From: a virus
Taxonomy: Duplodnaviria; Caudoviricetes
Reading direction: 5' to 3' (one strand)
Length of the DNA: 62,704 nucleotides
Virus record (IMG/VR): IMGVR_UViG_3300005837_000598
Location: 1-62,704 of that record
The stretch's first letter is position 1. Every line of letters begins with the position of its first letter. Both the position numbers and the translations under genes were made by a program. Positions 55,468 to 62,704 of this stretch are shown here, in pieces. Under the pieces are notes generated by a model. That model did not search any database. It worked only from the letters and a program-made list of their open reading frames with translations, and had not been told where the DNA came from.

Positions 55468-55824
55468 CTAGAATTTTGATTCAACCACCTCGTCTATAAC
55501 TTTTTGTATGTCGGTGATTTTGACATCTAATTCAAAAAGTATGTTAGCCTCCCATCGTCTTACCACTCGACCATTATCATATATAACTATAGTGGGAACA
55601 ACGGATATTTCTTCGTCTTTCATAGCATCAACATCCTTCTCAATATCTACTCTATGCTTAGATGCACTAGAGAGGTCACCCCAATCTTTTAATTCGTTTT
55701 GTTCAACAAAGGATGCTGTAAAGCAAACAACTGATATACCATCTTTATACTCTTGAGAATAAGAACTCATACTAAAGAATAGTAGGAATAGTACAACAAA
55801 AAGTTTTTTACTTAGAGAGTTCAT
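55468..55824 (-). CDS. Exported thioredoxin-fold protein lacking CxxC
   Basis: Signal peptide, VVCFTASF, RVDI, ISVVPTIVIYDNG...RW. Confidence 0.7.
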   Translation of the reverse strand: MNSLSKKLFVVLFLLFFSMSSYSQEYKDGISVVCFTASFVEQNELKDWGDLSSASKHRVDIEKDVDAMKDEEISVVPTIVIYDNGRVVRRWEANILFELDVKITDIQKVIDEVVESKF

Positions 55825-56095
55825 ACAATCTTTCTTCCATTTTACTTAGTTGTTCTTGGATAGCCTTTACATTGTCGTCAATATTGTTTATTTGGTTTCT
55901 AACCATTTTATCTTTTATATCAAACTCAACCCTACTAATTGGAGGATCAGGGATTATATAATCCTTTTTATCGAGTTTTCCATCTATTTGTGCTTGTACA
56001 GTAAACCAGAAACTTACTAGTGTGAAGATCAAAAATCCAATTCCTACTAAGGATTGAATTGACAATGTAAATTCTGTTTCTTTAGATAATTTCAT
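55808..56095 (-). CDS. Single-TM plus coiled-coil protein
   Basis: TM, then PDPPISRVEFDIKD, then a heptad tail. Confidence 0.65.
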   Translation of the reverse strand: MKLSKETEFTLSIQSLVGIGFLIFTLVSFWFTVQAQIDGKLDKKDYIIPDPPISRVEFDIKDKMVRNQINNIDDNVKAIQEQLSKMEERLYELSK

Positions 56096-56101
56096 TTTAT
56101 A

Positions 56102-56347
56102 CTACCATGTTTTACAGGCCCAGTATCTCGCTTTCCATCTTGGGCCAGGGTTATCACAATTATGTCTTGCACGAAATGATTTTCTTCTTGATGGAATGTT
56201 TTTCTTAATCTTCATGTTAGGATCTCCAAAATGCACAACAGTAACCTTACCATTGGGTTTCTTCACATAGACCTTGCTTTTTTTAGCAGGCCGTTCTGAT
56301 TTCATGATTTTATTAAGAGTTACATTCTTTCCTTGATGCAAAGCCAT
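56102..56347 (-). CDS. DUF5754-like small basic protein
   Basis: KK.KVYV...VHFGD...RRKSFRARH.C...ARYWACKTW. Confidence 0.7.
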   Translation of the reverse strand: MALHQGKNVTLNKIMKSERPAKKSKVYVKKPNGKVTVVHFGDPNMKIKKNIPSRRKSFRARHNCDNPGPRWKARYWACKTW

Positions 56348-56363
56348 TATCGTAATTTTGCTC

Positions 56364-56371
56364 CAAATATA
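56364..56371 (-). promoter_or_regulatory. Bacteroidota-type -7 element (TATATTTG) for the leftward operon
   Basis: TAnnTTTG 16 nt upstream of ATG 56347. Confidence 0.6.
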
Positions 56372-56476
56372 GTATTTGACTTTCTGGCCACTACAAATAT
56401 TTAATAGTCAGAATAATGTATAGTACCCTGTTAGAGACATAAAACTGGTTATTGAATTTTAGAACATAAATTTTAA

Positions 56477-56506
56477 TTGGTCATTAATAGTAAAAACATA
56501 CTTTTG
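56477..56506 (+). promoter_or_regulatory. Bacteroidota-type promoter TTG-19 nt-TACTTTTG for the packaging/structural operon
   Basis: -33/-7 elements at canonical spacing upstream of ATG 56522. Confidence 0.65.
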
Positions 56507-56521
56507 CTTAAAACCAACAAT

Positions 56522-57115
56522 ATGTCTTTAACTGAAATCTTCAATAAAGAAGACTTTGATAAGATGATATTTAATCCCTATAGGATTAAGTCATTAAAAA
56601 GAAAGTACCCAAAACTAAAAATGTTTAAGACCTTTCAGAAGGCTGATGATCAAATGATCAGTTATGTATTATATATGTACGATCAAAACACGCCTATGAA
56701 AGAGCAGTTCCCTGATTTAAAAGTCAGGAAGGAACAATGTGCTGTGTTGTCTGGATATGATTTAGTAAAAGACAATGAAGTGTTACATGATATGTTTTTC
56801 TTTTTATCAGAGAAACTTATAGTAATGGTTGATGAGTTTTTAAGAAAACAAAACAATAGGATATGGTCAATGATTGTTTCTAATGAGCAAACCTTCTTTG
56901 AATATCAAACTAAACTATTAAGTCCAGTTGAGGGTGACCGAGACAAAGACATATTACAAGCATTACAAATTAAGTCTAAAATCATGGATGATTTAAATAC
57001 AATCAATGATAGACTAGACTCTTATTATATGAAACTATATGGTGAAGATCAAGAACTTTTAAAAGTAATTAAAGCAGATAAAAGGTTGACACCAGAGTTT
57101 ATTGCCAATCTATGA
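56522..57115 (+). CDS. Protein upstream of TerL (possible small terminase)
   Basis: ATGA-coupled to TerL; start moved to ATG 56522 after the promoter. Confidence 0.55.
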   Translation: MSLTEIFNKEDFDKMIFNPYRIKSLKRKYPKLKMFKTFQKADDQMISYVLYMYDQNTPMKEQFPDLKVRKEQCAVLSGYDLVKDNEVLHDMFFFLSEKLIVMVDEFLRKQNNRIWSMIVSNEQTFFEYQTKLLSPVEGDRDKDILQALQIKSKIMDDLNTINDRLDSYYMKLYGEDQELLKVIKADKRLTPEFIANL

Positions 57116-59100
57116 CAACAGTAAATATTCAGGGTATAGATTTTGATATACCAAAAAAAGGATATGTAAACAATATCATAACAGGTGAAGAAGAAAAAAG
57201 ACCTGTAATTACTAGTTCATCAATTAGTAAAGAACAGGTTTGGACAAGAACTGAGTTGCCAGAAAACTATCAATATAAAAGAAATGAAGAACTGGCTAAA
57301 CAAGAAGAGGATAAAGATTATTTTGACGTAGAACTAGAAAATTTTAGATCTCAAGAATGGGATAGAAGATTGAATGGTGTATGGTTTATGAATAATGGCA
57401 AAGCAGAATATATAACTGGTATGCATTATTTGTTTTTGAACTGGTGGAAAATAGATATAGGTTATCCAAGATTTAGAAAAGTAGATCAAGAATATTTTTA
57501 TTTCTTACAAGCGTGTGTTGACAATCCTAATTGTTTAGGAATGATTGAGTTAACTAAACGTAGACAAGGAAAAACTGTTAGAGCAGGTGTATTTATGTTT
57601 GACCTAATATCTAGATCAAAAAATAAAAACGGAGGTATACAATCTAAGACAGCAGGCGATGCTAAAAACAATGTGTTTCAAAAATCAATTGTTAGTCCAT
57701 TTAAAAAACTACCTGATTTTTTTAGACCTGTATATGATCAGTCTAAAGGAGTTACACCAACCTCAGAGTTAAGATTTTATAGAACAACTAAGCGTGGGAG
57801 AAAGTCTCTCGAAGATTTAGGTAAACCAGAACTTGAAAGCCAGATAGACTGGAAGAGTTCAGATAAATATGCATATGATGGTACAAAATTACATAGATAC
57901 CTTGGTGACGAGGTTGGTAAAACAATGGAAGTGGATGTCTGGGAAAGGCACAATGTTGTTCGATTCTGTTCGGAATTGGATGGTGAGTATATTGGAAAAT
58001 TACTTTATACAACCACAGTTGAGGAGATGGAATCAGGTGGTGAGTCTTTTAAAAGATTATGGGACAATAGTGACCAAGAAAATAGAAATGCTCAAGGTAG
58101 AACTGCCAGTGGTCTATTCAGATTTTTCACTCCCTCTTACAAAACCCTTTACTTTGATGACTATGGTTACGCTGATGAAGATCGTGCTAAGGAATATTAT
58201 TTGGCTGAACGGGCAAATCTTGTTAACGATGATCGTGCTTTGTCGAGCATTATACGAAGGAATCCGTTTACTATTGAAGAGGCTTTTAGGATAGATGGCG
58301 AAAGATCCTTATTTAATGCAATGAAGATAAATAACCAACTAGATAGAATATCTTGGAATGACAACATATATACTGTTGGTAATTTTGAATGGGTTGGTGA
58401 TAGAGAAACTGGCCATGTAGAATTTAAACCTATGTCTAATGGAAGATTTAAAGTAGCATATTTATTTGATAATAATGATGATGCTAATAGGGTAATTAAG
58501 CGTGGAAAAAACTATTTGCCAACAAGAAAAAACGAGTTTGTTATGGGGTGTGATCCATATGACCATGATAGCACAGTAGATAATAGAAGGTCTAACGGAG
58601 CATTCTACGTTTATAAGAAACACAACTCAGTATCAAATTCTTATGATAGTTCATTTATAGTTGAATATATTTACCGACCAAGTACAGCACGACAATTTTA
58701 TGAAGATGTTTTGAAGTGTTGTCACTATTATTCTTGTGAATTATTATTTGAGGATAATAAAGTAGGTATAAAAAGTTATTTTGAAGACAGAGGATATACT
58801 GCCTTCTTAATGTACTTACCTGGAAGTATGAAGCCTGGATTAAGTGGATCTGTTAGAACGCATCAGCAAATAGCAGAAGTGACTGAAGACTATATTGAAA
58901 ATCATGTAGATAATGTGTGCTTTTCTGAATTATTAAAAGATTGGTTAGAATTTGATATTAGTAAAACAACAAAGTTCGATGCAGCAATGGCAGCAGGTTA
59001 TACTCTCATCGCAGACAAACATATTCTGTTAAAAAATCAATTTGCAAAAAATAATTTAGTTGAGGCAAAAAATATATTTAAAAGACATAAGGTAGGATGA
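57112..59100 (+). CDS. terL: Terminase large subunit
   Basis: ITGMHY, KRRQGKT Walker A, DEVGK Walker B, GCDPYD nuclease motif, YIYRP, KFDAAMA. Confidence 0.93.
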   Translation: MTTVNIQGIDFDIPKKGYVNNIITGEEEKRPVITSSSISKEQVWTRTELPENYQYKRNEELAKQEEDKDYFDVELENFRSQEWDRRLNGVWFMNNGKAEYITGMHYLFLNWWKIDIGYPRFRKVDQEYFYFLQACVDNPNCLGMIELTKRRQGKTVRAGVFMFDLISRSKNKNGGIQSKTAGDAKNNVFQKSIVSPFKKLPDFFRPVYDQSKGVTPTSELRFYRTTKRGRKSLEDLGKPELESQIDWKSSDKYAYDGTKLHRYLGDEVGKTMEVDVWERHNVVRFCSELDGEYIGKLLYTTTVEEMESGGESFKRLWDNSDQENRNAQGRTASGLFRFFTPSYKTLYFDDYGYADEDRAKEYYLAERANLVNDDRALSSIIRRNPFTIEEAFRIDGERSLFNAMKINNQLDRISWNDNIYTVGNFEWVGDRETGHVEFKPMSNGRFKVAYLFDNNDDANRVIKRGKNYLPTRKNEFVMGCDPYDHDSTVDNRRSNGAFYVYKKHNSVSNSYDSSFIVEYIYRPSTARQFYEDVLKCCHYYSCELLFEDNKVGIKSYFEDRGYTAFLMYLPGSMKPGLSGSVRTHQQIAEVTEDYIENHVDNVCFSELLKDWLEFDISKTTKFDAAMAAGYTLIADKHILLKNQFAKNNLVEAKNIFKRHKVG

Positions 59101-61382
59101 TAAAATCGGAAACCAAAGCAAACTATCCAGATCATATAGTTGATCCTCGAGAAAAGGGCAAAGACTGGTGTTTGTCATACGCAAAAGCAGCATGGTCTGA
59201 CTATAGTAATCATGGCACTCAATCGTTCCATAACAATAGAGGATCTTATCCTAGGATAAAAGATTACGCACAAGGAAATCAATCTGTAAATAAATACAAG
59301 AGTTTATTAAATGTAGACGAGACAGATAATGAATCTTGGTTTGCAATAGATTGGAGTGTGTTGCCTATCGTTCCAAAATTTAGAAGAATAGCATTAGGGA
59401 AGTTAAATAAAACAGAATACAATATTACTGTAAGTCCAATTGATGCTATTGCACAATCAGAAACTGAAGACTATTATGCTAAGACCAAAGCAAAAATGGA
59501 TCTTAGAAACAATGTTGCTAAGTCTATTCCAGGAATGGAAGAGTTTTCAGCACTAAAACATAAGAAGGGCGAGCCAGTTGATGATGAAGAATTAGAAATG
59601 CATATGGCTTATACCTACAAGCATAATGCAGCCATTGAAATGGAACAAGGCATTGACCTTGTATTTCATACTAATGGTATGGATGAAAAAAGAAAACAAG
59701 TTATGGAATACTTGTTTGATTATGGTGTAGCAGGATATAAAGAATATATAGATAGCAATGGTGCTGTAAAGGTTAGGGTTATAGATCCTCAAAAACTTTT
59801 AATATCTCATTGTAATAAAAGAGACTTTAGTGATAAAATTCATATCGGTGAAGTTCAAACTATGAGTATTACTGATTTGAAACAATTAGCAGGAAATCAG
59901 TTAAATGAAAAAGAATATCAGGATATAGCAGAAAGATATTCTGGAAGACAGGGAGATACAAAAATGTTTCCTTCTAATAAAAAATATTACAAAAACTATG
60001 ACGACAGAAAGGTCATGGTATTAGATCTTGAGTTTTTCTCTGTTGATGAAATGGTTCATGAAACTAGAGTAGACAAAAGAGGAAATAAAAGATTTGGTAG
60101 AGCCTCATACAATTACAAGGCTAAAAAGAAAAACAAGTTTACTAGATCATCATATAAAACAGTTTATAAAATTAAGTGGGTTATAGACTCACCTTACTGT
60201 TTTGATTATGGGTTGTGTAACAACATGAAAAGAGTTAAGTCTAAACTAATGGATACAGATTTGTCTTTCCATTTGTTTGCACCAGACTTTCATAACATGA
60301 AACCCTTGGGTATTATGGAGCAATTAATTCCAATTGCAGACCAGATACAAATATCATGGTATAGACTACAGAATACAATCAATCAAGCAAGACCAAAAGG
60401 TATTATGATTGAACTAGGTGCATTAGAAGATATTCCTTTAGGTTCTGGAGGAAATCAAATGAAACCTACAGATGTTATTGACTTGTTTAACAAAACAGGA
60501 ACATTGGTATATAGAAGAAACGATATTGGTGGAAAGCCAACAAACTATAGACCTATTGAAGAATTAGAAAATGGATTAGGTAGAGATGCTGTATCGTATT
60601 ATACTGTTATTCAGAATAATATAGAAATGATACGTCAGATAACAGGACTAAATGAGTTTACTGATGGTTCAACTCCTGATGCAAGATCTTTAACCACAAC
60701 TGCTAAGTTAGCAGCACAAGCAACTAACAACGCACTTGCACACATCGAACAAGGAGAAAGATATCTTCTTGAACAATTGGCAGCCTCATGTATTGTAAGA
60801 CTGCAAGATAGTGTTAAAATTAATCCAATAGAGGGTTATATAAGATCACTCGGAAATAAAAGTATGAAGTTTTTCAAAATGTCACCCTCTGTAGGAAAAC
60901 ATGAGTTTGGTGTTAAAATTGAAGACAGACCTACTGAGGAACAAAAACAAAGACTTATGCAAATACTACAGGCTAGTGTTGCACAAGGTCAAGTTGATTT
61001 TGAAGATGCTGTTTATATAGAACAAATAACTAATCTAAAACAAGCACAGCAAGTTTTAGCATATAGAATTAAAAAGAAGAGAGAAGAGGCAGAGCAAAAA
61101 GCAATTCGTCAACAAGAGATGAATGGTAAAATACAGCAACAATCTGCACAAGCAGCAGAACAATCAAAACAACAAACTCTGCAAATGAGTGCACAGATGG
61201 AGATGGAAATGGAGAAATTAAAAAATCAATTGGCATCACAGTTGCAGAAAGAAAAATATAAATACGAACTAGAAATAGAAGAAATTAGACAAGCATCAAA
61301 ACTAGAACAAAACGCTATAAACAACTTACCTACAAAAGAAATGGGTATGAAAGTTATAGATCAACCTGGAACAGAATTGTAA
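59097..61382 (+). CDS. Portal protein
   Basis: 761 aa after TerL; IDWSVLPIVPKF, PIADQIQ, ARPKGIMIE, TGTLVYR, ITGLNE..DGSTP. Confidence 0.88.
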   Translation: MIKSETKANYPDHIVDPREKGKDWCLSYAKAAWSDYSNHGTQSFHNNRGSYPRIKDYAQGNQSVNKYKSLLNVDETDNESWFAIDWSVLPIVPKFRRIALGKLNKTEYNITVSPIDAIAQSETEDYYAKTKAKMDLRNNVAKSIPGMEEFSALKHKKGEPVDDEELEMHMAYTYKHNAAIEMEQGIDLVFHTNGMDEKRKQVMEYLFDYGVAGYKEYIDSNGAVKVRVIDPQKLLISHCNKRDFSDKIHIGEVQTMSITDLKQLAGNQLNEKEYQDIAERYSGRQGDTKMFPSNKKYYKNYDDRKVMVLDLEFFSVDEMVHETRVDKRGNKRFGRASYNYKAKKKNKFTRSSYKTVYKIKWVIDSPYCFDYGLCNNMKRVKSKLMDTDLSFHLFAPDFHNMKPLGIMEQLIPIADQIQISWYRLQNTINQARPKGIMIELGALEDIPLGSGGNQMKPTDVIDLFNKTGTLVYRRNDIGGKPTNYRPIEELENGLGRDAVSYYTVIQNNIEMIRQITGLNEFTDGSTPDARSLTTTAKLAAQATNNALAHIEQGERYLLEQLAASCIVRLQDSVKINPIEGYIRSLGNKSMKFFKMSPSVGKHEFGVKIEDRPTEEQKQRLMQILQASVAQGQVDFEDAVYIEQITNLKQAQQVLAYRIKKKREEAEQKAIRQQEMNGKIQQQSAQAAEQSKQQTLQMSAQMEMEMEKLKNQLASQLQKEKYKYELEIEEIRQASKLEQNAINNLPTKEMGMKVIDQPGTEL

Positions 61383-61406
61383 AAAATAATAAACAACAAA
61401 TAAATT

Positions 61407-62579
61407 ATGGCAGAACAAATTGAAGAAAACTTTGATCTATCTGAACTTAAAGTGGTAGATGAAAGTGGTGAGGCTCAAGACATTGTTCTTGAGAAACCAA
61501 CAGAAGAAAAACCTGAAACTGAAACAGAAGTAACAGATACTCCTGAAGAAGAAACAAAGGTAGAAGAAACTAAAGAAGAACCTGTAGCAGAAGAAGAGGT
61601 TGCAGAAGAAATAATTCCAGACTCTGAAGAGGCAGTAGAAGAGAAAACTGAAGAAGGAGAGGAAGAAAAGATTGGAAAACCAGATGAGTTGTTCAATCAA
61701 TTAGACAGCATTTCTAAAGAATTAAGCGAAGGTAGAGCCGAAACTTTAGAAGATTTTTTTGAGGACTATAAACGAATGAGAGATTCGAAAGGAACTCAAT
61801 TTAAAGACGACTACATTAAGAGTGCAGTCGAGTATTATAATAAGAACGGAAGTCTTACACCCTATCTAGAGGCGACATCTGTTAACTATGAGGAGATGAG
61901 TGACGAACAAATTATGAGACGTAATTTGATTGCAGAGCATCCTACACTTTCTGAGAAGGCAATTGAAAGATTGTATCAAAGAGACATAGTAAACAAATAT
62001 TCTTTAGACGAGGACAAGTTTGACGAAGAGGAAGTAGAACTTGGAAAAGAACTACTTAAAGCAGATGCTAGTAAATTAAGAAAAACTTATGTTGACGAAC
62101 AAAAGAATTTCACAGCACCTGCTAAAACAGAAGAAACTGAAGTAGATCAAAACGCTATAAATGAAGAGTGGTTTAAAACTGTTGCATCCAATGAGAACAC
62201 TAAAGATATTCTTGAGAGCAAGCGTATCTTAGTTGAACACAATGGTGAAAAATTTTCTTATGAAGTTGATGATCCTAAGAAATTAGAGGAGATGACAAAA
62301 GACAATAATAAATTCTTTGAGTTATTCAAAGATGGCGATGGTAATATTGATTTTTCTAAATGGTATAGAGTTTTGGCATATGCTACAGATCCTGATGTTT
62401 ATGACTCATCCCTAATATCTCATGGGCAGGAGTTAGGTCAAGAGAAGGTTGTTAAAGATTTAAAGAACCCATCTAAACCAACTAAGGCATCACAGGGGTA
62501 TAAAGCACCTAGCAGTCCATTAGAAGGACTAATAGGAGCATTGAGTAGAGGGGACTCAGATGTTAAAATCATTCGTTAA
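61407..62579 (+). CDS. Scaffold-like acidic protein
   Basis: E-rich N-terminus; between portal and MCP. Confidence 0.65.
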   Translation: MAEQIEENFDLSELKVVDESGEAQDIVLEKPTEEKPETETEVTDTPEEETKVEETKEEPVAEEEVAEEIIPDSEEAVEEKTEEGEEEKIGKPDELFNQLDSISKELSEGRAETLEDFFEDYKRMRDSKGTQFKDDYIKSAVEYYNKNGSLTPYLEATSVNYEEMSDEQIMRRNLIAEHPTLSEKAIERLYQRDIVNKYSLDEDKFDEEEVELGKELLKADASKLRKTYVDEQKNFTAPAKTEETEVDQNAINEEWFKTVASNENTKDILESKRILVEHNGEKFSYEVDDPKKLEEMTKDNNKFFELFKDGDGNIDFSKWYRVLAYATDPDVYDSSLISHGQELGQEKVVKDLKNPSKPTKASQGYKAPSSPLEGLIGALSRGDSDVKIIR

Positions 62580-62600
62580 ATAAATTAAAAGTTAAAAAAA

Positions 62601-62704
62601 ATGGAAAATTCTAGTTATATAAGTTCTCTATCATTCTTACAGCACTCTTTCGTGCAAGGAAGAGAGATCTTATCAAGCGTCTTAGACGTACAAAACGAAG
62701 AGGA
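62601..62704 (+). CDS. Major capsid protein, 5' part (MENSSYISSLSFLQHSFVQGREILSS|VLDVQNEE)
   Basis: In frame with 43..1233 across the circular junction. Confidence 0.85.
   Translation, partial: MENSSYISSLSFLQHSFVQGREILSSVLDVQNEE
62679..62704. repeat. Terminal overlap copy 2
   Basis: Identical to 1-26. Confidence 0.97.

Noticed and set aside
62679-62704. 26-bp direct terminal repeat as a biological DTR
   Set aside because: It falls inside the MCP reading frame and has the form of an assembler overlap; it shows circularity only
1-62704. Stop-codon reassignment as in some crAss-like phages
   Set aside because: Long genes are intact in the standard code, and TAG/TGA end genes normally; no suppressor tRNA

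Overview
The window is a complete circular dsDNA phage genome. The last 26 nt (62679-62704) repeat nt 1-26, giving a 62,678-bp circle that was opened inside the major capsid gene. It is a podovirus-like phage with a crAss/Cellulophaga-phage-like structural module: TerL, portal, scaffold, MCP, several fibres, tail rings, nozzle/stabilisation proteins, three ejection proteins including a 2720-aa polyvalent protein, an amidase and a holin. The host is most likely Bacteroidota (Flavobacteriia-like), inferred from TAnnTTTG promoters, SD-less A-rich leaders and DUF3127 SSBs. A leftward early/replication arm (35.7-50.0 kb) encodes a T7-gp4/Twinkle primase-helicase, a wHTH initiator, a YqaJ exonuclease plus annealing protein, a resolvase, DUF932, tRNA-Arg(UCU) and a tyrosine integrase next to a tRNA-3'-end-like attP. 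No DNA or RNA polymerase is recognisable. The most unusual signals are: a strand-polarised GGGGT/GGGTGACC motif whose polarity flips at an AT-rich, iteron-like site near 50.5 kb; a tRNA minihelix; a microprotein ending like the RNR alpha-subunit redox tail; eight WG[N/D]H linkers partitioning the fibres into modules; a nozzle gene split by FN3 and permuted DUF1566 domains; an exported beta-barrel/thioredoxin-like module; and apparent AGCT avoidance. All family assignments come from motif recognition by eye and all motif counts are hand counts.
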